In this document: piece after piece, positions 9,882 through 19,042 of the stretch
Numbering within the stretch: position 1 is the first letter of the stretch
Layout: each line of letters opens with the position of its first letter
Source of the DNA: an uncultured Candidatus Micrarchaeota archaeon
GTDB lineage: Archaea; Micrarchaeota; Micrarchaeia; Burarchaeales; Fermentimicrarchaeaceae
NCBI GenBank assembly: GCA_963760615.1
Contig: CAVXDX010000003.1
Coordinates: 109,915-173,914, forward strand
DNA length: 64,000 nt
Reading direction: 5' to 3'
Notes under the pieces: model-generated
Database searches by the model: none
What the model was told of the DNA's origin: nothing
What the model saw: only the letters and a program-made list of their open reading frames with translations
Made by a program: the position numbers and the translations under genes

Positions 9882-10220
9882 CTAAAACTCTTTTATGGCA
9901 GCGTTTAGCACAAGCATTATCACAAACGTTATGAACGCCCAAAATGCTATATCAAGGATGCCACCAAGCCAGTTTATGCTCCCACTCTGCCATCCGTTGT
10001 AAGTATTGTAAATGAACCAGGCATACGGATAGCCGTTCGCTATGTTTTCACCTATGCAATTGCTTGTGCATCCCGAACTTTCGTGGTATGCTCCAGATAT
10101 GAAGACCACGAACAGCGCTATGATAAGAGAGTAAAATATTCCATCGCTCAGACTTGGTCCTGCGACTCTTTTAGCTCCCGCAGTTTTTACAGCCCTAGGC
10201 GCCTTCTTCCTCCTCGGCAT
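9882..10220 (-). CDS. Small membrane protein, unknown function
   Basis: Basic N-terminus, two hydrophobic helices, GYPYAW loop. Confidence 0.6.
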   Translation of the reverse strand: MPRRKKAPRAVKTAGAKRVAGPSLSDGIFYSLIIALFVVFISGAYHESSGCTSNCIGENIANGYPYAWFIYNTYNGWQSGSINWLGGILDIAFWAFITFVIMLVLNAAIKEF

Positions 10221-10335
10221 ATGGCATCACCGAATATGATTATTTCGCGCCCATTAATAAATATAACTCTTTGAAGAAGATTCTCATCACTTAGAAAGGA
10301 GATAAATGCAATACCAAATTTACAATACTCGCTAT

Positions 10336-10433
10336 CCGGAAGTAACGCCCGTAATTCCGTAAAGGAGAGAGATGTTGCAAACAATATCTGTGAAGCAGGA
10401 AGCACTCATCCCTCAAAGGTGGGGGCATGTCAC
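10336..10433 (+). mobile_element. Orphan IS200/IS605 (IS1341-like) right-end / tnpB 3'-tail remnant
   Basis: One frame reads PEVTPV...SVKQEA (typical tnpB tail); ends GAAGCAGGAAGCACTCATCCCTCAAAGGTGGGGGCATGTCAC, related to 26053-26083, 49098-49128 and 56921-56957. Confidence 0.6.
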
Positions 10434-10521
10434 TAATTTATCATCAGTTTGGGGTGGAAGCATGTGATAAGTGTGCAAACCACCCATTAACATTATATAC
10501 CAATCTTAGCAATAAGATTTC

Positions 10522-11964
10522 ATGAGATGCAAAAAGGCGCAAATCTCCGGTCTTGACCTTATACTCGCAATAATGCTCTTCTCTCTTGCCCTTATACTCT
10601 TTTCGATTTTATGGGATGTGGTGCAGTACAACGTAAAGACTCAAGCAGATGCTGATATAATTGCCATCCAGGTTGCGAATAGACTCCTAGGCAGCCCAGG
10701 CTACCCATCTGACTGGAATGCAACGAATGTGCAGCTGATAGGTTTATCATCTGAAAGAGGTGTCATGGACCAGAGCAAATTCCAAAACCTACTTGATCTA
10801 CTGGCCCAACCTGGTGGCTATGATCAGGTGAGGCAGATGTTGGGTTTGGGCCCCTATCAGTTTTATATTAGTATGACCAACCCAGACGGCTCTCCAATCC
10901 TCATCAACGGCCAACCCGCCCAGGGGGGAGACCCCCCAACCAATGCAACCAGTGTGAGCAGCATAAAAAGGACTGCGCTCTACGGCACAATTATGGTGTT
11001 CAACAACTCAATAACATTCGTCCAGGATTCATCCGGGAGCATGGACTGGTTTTCAACAGGCATAAATTATACGAATTCGAATCTAAGTGCAAGGAATGTA
11101 TGGGTCAATATCTACAATGTGAGCTTCCCAAGCTCGCCAACTAGCAATTTTGACTTTATATTTGAGTTCAACGACACCAGCCTCACTGGAGGGAACCAGG
11201 TCAAGCTAAATGTTACAAGTCCTTCTGGTAAGAAATATGCAGTGCCGAACTGCGGCAGCTCGTCAGGCTGCAGCTGCGGGTCTGGGACAAATGGCTGCTT
11301 GGCATTTTCATACTCTGGAGGAGCGCGCATGAACTTCACACAGGCACTTTGGAATTCCACAGGAGTCTGGCAGGTTTGGATAAGGAAATCAGTGAATAAC
11401 CCTATTACATACGATTCATTTGCTCAAACGCCGCCGAGGAGGATAGATGCTGCAAAAACTGCAATTGATGCCTTTGTTGACGTAATTTCAAACGAATCCA
11501 AGGGACTTGATGAAATGTCGCTGTTCGATTTCAACAGTTGCAACAGCAACATGATAAATGGTTTCACGACAAATTACCCGCAGATTAAATCCAATGTGAA
11601 TTCCATAACTGCATCAGGTTCAACACCGCTCGCCCAAGCTATCAGGGATGCGGCCGACTACACAAATTCAAGCTCAACAAGAAAGCACAATATGATAATT
11701 GTTGTGTCAGACGGGCAGGAGACATGCGGTGGGGACATAGTTGCCGCGGCAACCTATGCCGCAGGCAAGGTTCAAAGGATCTGCACTGTAGGGCTGGAGC
11801 AAGGTGGAGATGGTGCAAACCAGCTCACGCAAGCTGCCAAAATAGGGCATTGCCAGTATTACGCTGCAAGAAACGAGCAGCAGCTTGAATTGTACCTGAG
11901 ACAACTCTACTTCGGGACTCTTGCGAAGGAGACAGTGGTGCTCAACATAGTGGTATGGAGATGA
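10522..11964 (+). CDS. Class III signal-peptide pilin-like protein with inserted vWA domain
   Basis: KKAQ/ISGLDLILAIMLF; MIDAS DSSGSM; STPLAQAI; IVVSDGQETC; ends VLNIVVWR. Confidence 0.8.
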   Translation: MRCKKAQISGLDLILAIMLFSLALILFSILWDVVQYNVKTQADADIIAIQVANRLLGSPGYPSDWNATNVQLIGLSSERGVMDQSKFQNLLDLLAQPGGYDQVRQMLGLGPYQFYISMTNPDGSPILINGQPAQGGDPPTNATSVSSIKRTALYGTIMVFNNSITFVQDSSGSMDWFSTGINYTNSNLSARNVWVNIYNVSFPSSPTSNFDFIFEFNDTSLTGGNQVKLNVTSPSGKKYAVPNCGSSSGCSCGSGTNGCLAFSYSGGARMNFTQALWNSTGVWQVWIRKSVNNPITYDSFAQTPPRRIDAAKTAIDAFVDVISNESKGLDEMSLFDFNSCNSNMINGFTTNYPQIKSNVNSITASGSTPLAQAIRDAADYTNSSSTRKHNMIIVVSDGQETCGGDIVAAATYAAGKVQRICTVGLEQGGDGANQLTQAAKIGHCQYYAARNEQQLELYLRQLYFGTLAKETVVLNIVVWR

Positions 11965-12395
11965 GAAAAGGAGTTATTTTCACCCTTGACGCGCTCGTTG
12001 CTGTCGTTATAGCAGTAATGGCACTCGCCATACTCATGCAAATGGTGAGCCTTAAGACTGGAGAGTGGTACAAGGAAATTGCACTCTACAACTCGGCTCA
12101 GGACATTCTCACCTCAAAGGACAAGGATGGCACCCTGGGAAGTATATTCGGCACCTCTGATGCAGTTGCGGTATACAATCTCAACAATTCGATCGCATCC
12201 CAGCTACCCAGCAACATGGTGGCCAGGATGAACGTAAGCGTCTACAATTATCAATCCAATTCTTTTGTATGCGTCAGGAACCTGACTGCTGGGCAGAGCG
12301 GGACAACGCCGATTAAAAGCGTTGTTAGGAGAGTTTTCACAGATCCGCCGAACAATAATTACAGTGTTGTGGTTATGGAAGTGTGGTACCGATGA
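11961..12395 (+). CDS. Class III signal-peptide pilin-like protein
   Basis: MRKG/VIFTLDALVAVVIAVM; ATGA overlap with upstream gene; ends VVMEVWYR. Confidence 0.75.
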   Translation: MRKGVIFTLDALVAVVIAVMALAILMQMVSLKTGEWYKEIALYNSAQDILTSKDKDGTLGSIFGTSDAVAVYNLNNSIASQLPSNMVARMNVSVYNYQSNSFVCVRNLTAGQSGTTPIKSVVRRVFTDPPNNNYSVVVMEVWYR

Positions 12396-13285
12396 GAAGA
12401 GGTTTCATGCTCACTGCCATCACCGTAGTGCTCTTTATGGTGTTGATTGATACGGCATTCCAGTACTCGAAGAGTTCTTCAGCCTTCTCAAAGAGAATTT
12501 CAGAGATGATTGTCTCGGAGAAGGTGAGCTATACCTTTGATGATATAACAGAAGATATAACCAACATAGTCGGTCTCAGAGTAACACAGCAGGCGTCGGA
12601 TTTGATAATAGAGGATTCAATGCCTGGAGCAAACATAACAAACAATCTTGCGCGCTATGAGAATTTTGTAAGGAGCTACTACCTAACCCCTGAGATTGAG
12701 GCAAAATTCATGAATGCAAATGACCAGCAGATAAGTCTAAACTCCCTCTCAACGAACATGTATCTAAGCCCCTTCAATCTGAGCTATGGCTACCAGGATT
12801 TTGGGAAAAATAATACTCTAATACAAGTTCCGCTGTCGCAATCAACTGGAGTGCAATACATGTGGTACAATATAAGCGTCACAAGCGGCAACTTCTCAAA
12901 TGTCTCAGGTATAAGCTGGAACCCTCCACCCCTCCCATGCGTGCCGGGTACACCAGGCTGCATGAGGTTTTACCTGGCGATAAACGACAGTTTCAATAAC
13001 CAGTACATCGGGGATACCTATACTTATTTTGATATGACGCAGCGTGCCGGGTACATGAACATAAGTTTCGTCAACCAGACCTGCTACATGGAGATTCAGG
13101 TTGCAAATCAGTACCTGCTCAACCTCACCAATCACGGATGCAACATAACAACTTACATTGGGTTCAACTTCAACAGCAGTAACTTGGGGGTTTACTTCCC
13201 GGAAAAACTGAGCATCAGGGATACAAATTATAACACTCTAAAGAAGGACAATATAAATGTCGTTGTAACGAGGCTGCTGAGGTAG
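12392..13285 (+). CDS. Class III signal-peptide pilin-like protein
   Basis: MRRG/FMLTAITVVLFMVL; ATGA overlap; Asn/Thr-rich beta-type body with many N-x-S/T sequons. Confidence 0.7.
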   Translation: MRRGFMLTAITVVLFMVLIDTAFQYSKSSSAFSKRISEMIVSEKVSYTFDDITEDITNIVGLRVTQQASDLIIEDSMPGANITNNLARYENFVRSYYLTPEIEAKFMNANDQQISLNSLSTNMYLSPFNLSYGYQDFGKNNTLIQVPLSQSTGVQYMWYNISVTSGNFSNVSGISWNPPPLPCVPGTPGCMRFYLAINDSFNNQYIGDTYTYFDMTQRAGYMNISFVNQTCYMEIQVANQYLLNLTNHGCNITTYIGFNFNSSNLGVYFPEKLSIRDTNYNTLKKDNINVVVTRLLR

Positions 13286-14254
13286 CTACCACTTTACCTC
13301 AACTTCATCAACCCTCATCTTCTGAACAACTCTGCACTCTGCGAGTTTCATCCTCACTCCTGCTTCGTGCATAAGATTCCCTGTCAATGCTATCATTGCC
13401 CCGTTGTCCGCATTAAACTGTCCCTCGGTAACAAAAAGCCTGCAGCTATGAGGCTTGGCCATTTCTCTCAGCATCTCCTGCAGCCTGCCATTCTGGGCGA
13501 CTCCACCACAGAGTATAAGCTCCTTGCTTCTTGTCAATGCCAAGGCCCTCTCCGTAGCCTCAACGAGCATTGAGAAAGCAGTTTCCTGCAAGGAGTAGCA
13601 CACGTCCTCCTTCCTATGTGTTCTCAAGCTATTCTGTGCCTCCGTGAGAAGCCCTGTAAAAACCAGGTCCATACCCTTCACTGAGTAGGGCAATGGAATG
13701 TACCTACCATCCCGCGCCATCTTCTCAATGACGGAACCGTGGGCGTGCTTCAACCCCATGTTCCTGCCAACGGAGTCTATAAGGTTCCCGAGGCCAATGT
13801 CAAGAGTTTCTCCCATCACCCGGTACCTTCTATCCTCAAGGATTATTATCTGAGTGTTTCCTCCACTCACATACACCACAAGCGGGTTCTTGCATCCGCA
13901 GAGTGCCCTCACTATTTCAATGTGAGCCAAGGCGTGGTTAACCCCAATTATGGGTTTATTAAGCATTTGAGCCATCGTTTTTGCTCCGACAAGTCCAATT
14001 TTCAAGCATGCCCCCAAGCCTGGTCCCATGGTGAAAGCTACCAGCCCAATCTCTCTGAGTTCTACTCCGCTTGTATCGAGTGCTCTTTCCAGTACTGGCT
14101 CAAACTCTTTTGAGAGGAAATCCGCAGCCTTTCTAGGGTGTATGCCAGCGTATTTTGGCTGGTAAGTGCTCCTCTCATTGGCAAGCACCTTCCTGTCATC
14201 CACTATCCCAATGCCCATTGTATGCGCGCTGCTTTCCATACCGATGCATATCAT
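13286..14254 (-). CDS. kae1: KEOPS t6A synthase Kae1/TsaD
   Basis: IGMESSAHT, GIHPRKAA, GVNHALAHIE, YVSGGNTQ, ETLDIGLGN, DNGAMIA. Confidence 0.96.
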   Translation of the reverse strand: MICIGMESSAHTMGIGIVDDRKVLANERSTYQPKYAGIHPRKAADFLSKEFEPVLERALDTSGVELREIGLVAFTMGPGLGACLKIGLVGAKTMAQMLNKPIIGVNHALAHIEIVRALCGCKNPLVVYVSGGNTQIIILEDRRYRVMGETLDIGLGNLIDSVGRNMGLKHAHGSVIEKMARDGRYIPLPYSVKGMDLVFTGLLTEAQNSLRTHRKEDVCYSLQETAFSMLVEATERALALTRSKELILCGGVAQNGRLQEMLREMAKPHSCRLFVTEGQFNADNGAMIALTGNLMHEAGVRMKLAECRVVQKMRVDEVEVKW

Positions 14255-14258
14255 CTTA

Positions 14259-15053
14259 TCACTTGCCGTAGTAAAGCATCACAATTGCAACATTTATGAA
14301 ATTAAACGTAGCATGGGCGAATATTGAGGGTATGACTGACTTCCTTGCTTTGCATAGGAGCGCGAATATTAAACCGGCTGTGAAGGCTGCGATGAATTCC
14401 ATTTTAGAATCGTAAGAATAGTGCGCCAATGCAAAAAGCAGTGTTGAAATAATAATCCCAAAACCAGTGTGTACATATTCGAGACTGCTGAGCAGGAATC
14501 CCCTGAAGAAAATTTCCTCAGCAATTGGGCCGATGGTGAATGAAAAAATTAGTATATACAGTGGTAATCCACTCATTATCATTGACACCTTCCCCGCCTC
14601 CTCAAGGTGCAGCAAGAATATGACCACAATAGCCTCTGCAATTATCAGCGGGCCGACAAGAAACAAAGTTGTCGCAACCCCTAAAACTGCATTCATCAGA
14701 AGCCCATCCCTCTTTAGACCGAGGTATCCAAAAGTTTTTTCCAAACTCCGAAGTTGGAACTCAACATCCCATACGAATGGAAAGGAGAGGAAAGCTGTTG
14801 AAAGAACTATGGCTGAAGCATAGGGAACACGCATCAAAAACAGCAATAAAGCTGCATATAGCCAAACAAACCAAATTCCCGCAGCTCTTCCGTACCTCTT
14901 ACCTACCTCAACAGTGCATACGACAAGCGCAAAACCTAGAACCGGAATAGCAATGAAAAGAGGCAATCCTTTTATGAGGGCTGTTAAGATGGCGAATATG
15001 GAACTAAAAAATAGAAGCAGAGCGAGTATGCGAAAGGTTCTCTCATTCTGCAT
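14259..15053 (-). CDS. CPBP (Abi/CAAX type II) intramembrane metalloprotease
   Basis: PIAEEIFFRG, FALAH, SIFAHATFN; multiple TM helices. Confidence 0.88.
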   Translation of the reverse strand: MQNERTFRILALLLFFSSIFAILTALIKGLPLFIAIPVLGFALVVCTVEVGKRYGRAAGIWFVWLYAALLLFLMRVPYASAIVLSTAFLSFPFVWDVEFQLRSLEKTFGYLGLKRDGLLMNAVLGVATTLFLVGPLIIAEAIVVIFLLHLEEAGKVSMIMSGLPLYILIFSFTIGPIAEEIFFRGFLLSSLEYVHTGFGIIISTLLFALAHYSYDSKMEFIAAFTAGLIFALLCKARKSVIPSIFAHATFNFINVAIVMLYYGK

Positions 15054-15057
15054 CCTA

Positions 15058-15195
15058 CTACCTTTTCATCTCCAGATAGCCGCATTTCCCACAGGAGAAC
15101 CTGTCCTTATGATCCGCCAGGTGCACCCCCCCACCGCATTTTGGGCACGAGCGCCTTGGCTTGTATGATTTTACAACTTTCTTTTTCTCAGCCAC
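15058..15195 (-). CDS. rps27ae: Ribosomal protein eS31 (S27ae); absent from ORF track
   Basis: Hand translation [45 protein letters not shown]; overlaps rps24e stop. Confidence 0.93.
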   Translation of the reverse strand: MAEKKKVVKSYKPRRSCPKCGGGVHLADHKDRFSCGKCGYLEMKR

Positions 15196-15532
15196 TCTTC
15201 TCACCCTTCTCCTCCTTTGCAGGAGCTTTCTGCTCAACCTTCTTCTCTTTCTTCACCCCGGCGTCTCTCTCAAGCTTGTGCTTGCTCTCTATTCCCATTG
15301 CCTCCTTACTGGCATAGAATTTCGCATATCCCTTCAACTCCTGGCTGCCGAACCCCTGCTCAAGGATGTCTATAACGGCAAGCGAGCCATCAGCTCCAAG
15401 CTTTGAGCAGAGCGACTCCTTGACTTCCTTCCTGCTCGGAGTTGGGCCCAAGAAGCTTGCTATGAATCTAACCTCATTTCTTTTCAGAACCGGATTATCC
15501 CTCTGCTCGGTTATTTTAATATCCATATTCAA
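15188..15532 (-). CDS. rps24e: Ribosomal protein eS24
   Basis: [40 protein letters not shown]. Confidence 0.93.
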   Translation of the reverse strand: MNMDIKITEQRDNPVLKRNEVRFIASFLGPTPSRKEVKESLCSKLGADGSLAVIDILEQGFGSQELKGYAKFYASKEAMGIESKHKLERDAGVKKEKKVEQKAPAKEEKGEKSG

Positions 15533-15924
15533 CCCCTCACTCTAGTTATGATTTTCCTTCCCATACTGTCCATGTACTCAACTTCTTTACCCGCTACTAC
15601 CTCATTCTTAAGATCCTGCGGAATTGCCATATCAAATGTGCTGTAGTCCTCCAGGTCCATTATCTGGGCGCTCTCCCCAGTGATTGACACCACCTGGCCA
15701 GCCTTCCTTTCGATTACCGGTATTTTAACGTCAGCATCCGATGGCTTGAGCAGAGTTTTCTTCTGCCCGTCAAATATGCCAATTGCCGTAACCCTCATCT
15801 TTGCAGCCCCATGCTTACCTGGCGCTGAGCTTTCAATCTCCACAATTCTGCATGGAATGTCATCTATGATGACATATTTCCCGACTTTCAGGTCTTTCAT
15901 TACTCCAAATATCTCATCACTCAT
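15529..15924 (-). CDS. eif5a: Translation factor aIF5A
   Basis: GKYVIIDDIPCRI, SAPGKHGAAK (hypusine Lys). Confidence 0.95.
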   Translation of the reverse strand: MSDEIFGVMKDLKVGKYVIIDDIPCRIVEIESSAPGKHGAAKMRVTAIGIFDGQKKTLLKPSDADVKIPVIERKAGQVVSITGESAQIMDLEDYSTFDMAIPQDLKNEVVAGKEVEYMDSMGRKIITRVRG

Positions 15925-15975
15925 TGCCAACACCTACCTATCACTTTTTTAACTTTCTAATTTTTAAACATTCTC

Positions 15976-16722
15976 ATGGAATTTATCGACTCCCACTGCC
16001 ATCTTGACGCATTCAAGAATTATGATGAGGTAATCTCAAAAGCATTGAAAGCTGGAGTTAAAGCAATAGTAACATCCGGCTGCTCTGGCAAGGATAACAT
16101 GAAGACGCTGGAGATAGCGCGGAAATACCCAAATTACGTCTTCCCAGTCATTGGGATAGCGCCTCAGGAAGCAATGTATATGGGTAGTTTTGATTCGGCT
16201 GTATCATTTCTAAAAGAAAATAAAGCAGGGGTTGTGGGTGTGGGCGAGATAGGGCTTGACTTCCACTGGGGGAAGACTCCTGAACAGATATCAAAACAGC
16301 GCGAATGCTTCGAGCTTTTCCTTGATTATGCAATATTCGAGAAACTTCCTCTTGTTGTACACTCAAGGGAGGCTGAAAAAGAAGTGCTTGAGGTCATAAT
16401 GAAGAAGGGTGCAGAAAAGGTGTTGCTGCACTGCTTCTCGGGAGATTCCTCCCTTGCGGAGACGGCGGCAGAGCACGGCTTCCTCATATCAGTCCCGCCT
16501 GTCCCATCCATTACAAGGGAAAAGGTAATTAAGCACATACCACTTGAAAACTTATTGCTGGAAACTGATGCTCCCTATCTGGGGAAGGAGCCTTCGGAGG
16601 TCAATGGCGCAGCCCAGCTGGTTGCGAGCATTAAGGAGTTGGAGGTGGAAGAGGTTTCCAAAGCTACTACAAAGAGCTGCATGGCTCTGTTTAACTTGGG
16701 GGGTTTGGATGGCAGTGATTGA
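15976..16722 (+). CDS. tatD: TatD-family hydrolase/DNase
   Basis: IDSHCHLD, VGEIGLDF, VHSREAE, LHCFSG, LLETDAPY. Confidence 0.92.
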   Translation: MEFIDSHCHLDAFKNYDEVISKALKAGVKAIVTSGCSGKDNMKTLEIARKYPNYVFPVIGIAPQEAMYMGSFDSAVSFLKENKAGVVGVGEIGLDFHWGKTPEQISKQRECFELFLDYAIFEKLPLVVHSREAEKEVLEVIMKKGAEKVLLHCFSGDSSLAETAAEHGFLISVPPVPSITREKVIKHIPLENLLLETDAPYLGKEPSEVNGAAQLVASIKELEVEEVSKATTKSCMALFNLGGLDGSD

Positions 16723-17167
16723 TAAACTGAGGTCATTAGTAAAGCAGAAGGAGGAGAAGAATATCGCGCTGCTAGTTGACGGGCCGAATGTCATAAGGAA
16801 GGATGTGAATATAGATTTGGAAGGAGTGAAGAAGAAGGTTGAGAAATACGGCAGAATAAAGATATGCAAAGTCTTCCTGGACCAATACGCTTCCGATAAG
16901 CTCATAGAGGCAGTGACAAACCAGGGATATGAGCCTGTCATAACGACAGGCGATGTTGATGTGACCATGGCAGTATATGCAGTTGAGCAGGTTTTCAACC
17001 CCAGCATCCAGATACTGGCCCTTATGACGAGGGATATTGACTTCAGGCCTGTGATAGTTAAGGCAAAGGAAAAGGGGAAAGAGACCATAGTCATTGGCGC
17101 TGACCCTGGCTTCAGCGTTGCCCTAAAGAAGACTGCAGACATTGTGATATTCGCGGATGCGCGCTGA
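16709..17167 (+). CDS. NYN-domain protein (TIGR00288/LabA-like)
   Basis: LLVDGPNVIRK, GDVDVTMAV, TRDIDFRPV; ATG at 16709. Confidence 0.88.
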   Translation: MAVIDKLRSLVKQKEEKNIALLVDGPNVIRKDVNIDLEGVKKKVEKYGRIKICKVFLDQYASDKLIEAVTNQGYEPVITTGDVDVTMAVYAVEQVFNPSIQILALMTRDIDFRPVIVKAKEKGKETIVIGADPGFSVALKKTADIVIFADAR

Positions 17168-17223
17168 GAAAGGTTTATAAAGTGCGGAACGGATAGATAT
17201 TCATTGTTTTTTAGAGGTGAACC

Positions 17224-17448
17224 ATGACAGAGAAAAGACCTTTTGATGTTCTGAATGGAGCTCTTGGAGGCTCTGTGCTTCTGAAGCTCAAGGGCGGAGT
17301 TGAGGTGAGGGGCACAATGGCATCGTATGACGTGCACATGAACATTGTGCTTGAAAACGCCGAGCAGTTGGAGAATGGAGAGGTGAAGAGGAAGCTCGGC
17401 ACAATGCTTGTGAGAGGAGACAACATAGTCTTTATATCCCCTTCCTGA
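17224..17448 (+). CDS. Sm-like (LSm/SmAP) RNA-binding protein
   Basis: RPFDVL, VRGTMASYDVHMNIVLENAE, LVRGDNIVFISP; GAGGTGA RBS. Confidence 0.95.
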   Translation: MTEKRPFDVLNGALGGSVLLKLKGGVEVRGTMASYDVHMNIVLENAEQLENGEVKRKLGTMLVRGDNIVFISPS

Positions 17449-17490
17449 AAGACCACCAAATTAGAATCTCTACAAGTATTTTAAACTAGT

Positions 17491-17940
17491 TTAAATTCTG
17501 AAGTCATTCCCTATTGTTTCATATGCCCTCTTGCTGTCGTTCCAGTTCAGTATGAGGATTGCAGAGTCAAAGCTTGTGGATATGCTTACTATATTTATTT
17601 TCTTCTTGCTGAGCACGCCAGCCAGCTTCTCTATCACGCCCGCCTTGTTCATGAACTCTCTCCCAGTGACCGTCACCATGCCAAGATTTCTCATTATTGA
17701 AAGAGCGCCAAATGACGATGTTTTTGAAACAATCTCCTCGAGGGCATCCCTCGCCTTCTCCATATCTGCGTCATCAACGAAGAAGCTCATTGAGTATTCC
17801 CCCATGGACATGCAGTAGATGTTTATCATCTTTGCAGAAAGAGCCGATGAGAACTTTGCCACTACGCCTGGGGTTACTCTTACTCTCTCACCTGTTAAGG
17901 ATAAGGAACTCACCGGTCGCTTGTAGAGCTTCAAATCCAT
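17491..17940 (-). CDS. Stand-alone tandem ACT-domain protein (aspartokinase-regulatory-like)
   Basis: PGVVAKFSSALSAKMINIYCMS and AGVIEKLAGVLSKKKINIVSIS repeats. Confidence 0.75.
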   Translation of the reverse strand: MDLKLYKRPVSSLSLTGERVRVTPGVVAKFSSALSAKMINIYCMSMGEYSMSFFVDDADMEKARDALEEIVSKTSSFGALSIMRNLGMVTVTGREFMNKAGVIEKLAGVLSKKKINIVSISTSFDSAILILNWNDSKRAYETIGNDFRI

Positions 17941-17969
17941 TCTTCCACAGATTAGTATTAAATAATAAC

Positions 17970-17980
17970 TTATTTAAAAA
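17970..17980 (+). promoter_or_regulatory. TATA box of tRNA-Ala
   Basis: TTATTTAAAAA about 20-29 nt upstream of tRNA 5' end. Confidence 0.5.
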
Positions 17981-17998
17981 TCTACTGCAAGTTACGAA

Positions 17999-18084
17999 GG
18001 GCTCGTAGCTCAGTAGCAGAGCGTTCGCTTGGCGAATTATTTCCAAAATGCGAAAGGCCGCGGGTGCGACTCCCGCCGAGTCCA
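17999..18084 (+). tRNA. tRNA-Ala(GGC) with 14-nt intron at 37/38 (18035-18048)
   Basis: Acceptor GGGCTCG/CGAGTCC with G3:U70, discriminator A; D stem GCTC/GAGC; anticodon stem TTCGC/GCGAA; TTGG/CCAA helix with 3-nt bulges; T stem GCGGG/CCCGC. Confidence 0.88.
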
Positions 18085-18101
18085 CTGAAAATTTAATTCC
18101 T

Positions 18102-18905
18102 TTAACCTATATTTGTGGGGATAGCTCTCTCGCACACGACTGATTTATAATCGGACAAGTTATATATGTAAGATACGCCTAACCCCACATCAATGTAAAC
18201 GGTTTCAGTCTTATTGGGAGGTACTGGTGCTGAACTGCAGACAACTTCTTCTCCAGCAACGGAATTATCTTTATTAATCACTCGAACTAATCCGCAAGCA
18301 CCATCTGATTGATTTCCACTATTTCTAAAAACTCCTTGTCCAGTAACAACATAGTGATCTCCATTCCATATTTCGATTTTTATATTTTGGCATTCAAAGG
18401 ATATATTGGCAGTGGGTTGCAGTGGTTCTCCTTGCTGATTTATCAACCAATCAACAAGCCAGGGTGTGGATACGGAAAATACTATCGCAATTATCGCCCC
18501 AATTATAAAGGACTTCGACCAGAATCTTATTTTCATTCTGGTTTTAGCACTAAAGACAAACCCAGCAAATTCCGTACTAACCGCGTACAGCAGCAATGAG
18601 AGTATAGCGTATGCAGGAAAAACTACTGACCCTGCAAAATCAAAAATTTCCTCCAAGCCACATCGACACATTGGTATAGCGCATGGATATCCACTTGGGG
18701 GATATTTTAAACACTGCCTTATGCTCCAATACTCTTTTATAACATCCACAGGATTTGAATAATAACTTGTGTGAGCCGACACCTGCAAATAAGCAATGAT
18801 TAAACCGAATACAAAAAGCAGAAAGCCTGCAATTATAACCATAAAAATTTCTCGCTTATCCTTCTTCTGGGCTGCATCACTCCTCTTCGCCATACAACCA
18901 CCCAT
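18102..18905 (-). CDS. Membrane protein with C-terminal beta-sandwich domain, unknown function
   Basis: Three hydrophobic segments, then VTGQGVFRNSG...VRVINKDNSVAGE...VPPNKTETV; AT-rich codons. Confidence 0.6.
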   Translation of the reverse strand: MGGCMAKRSDAAQKKDKREIFMVIIAGFLLFVFGLIIAYLQVSAHTSYYSNPVDVIKEYWSIRQCLKYPPSGYPCAIPMCRCGLEEIFDFAGSVVFPAYAILSLLLYAVSTEFAGFVFSAKTRMKIRFWSKSFIIGAIIAIVFSVSTPWLVDWLINQQGEPLQPTANISFECQNIKIEIWNGDHYVVTGQGVFRNSGNQSDGACGLVRVINKDNSVAGEEVVCSSAPVPPNKTETVYIDVGLGVSYIYNLSDYKSVVCERAIPTNIG

Positions 18906-19042
18906 GAAAGTTGGTGTTCTTGAGTATTTAATGTTTCCTATCTAAACAAATGCGGAGGCGGTATGGGTGAGAATTGAAAGGAGGGTGCGAATACAGAACA
19001 ATGTTACAGAGCAATTAAATACCTAAATCTACACTTTATATT

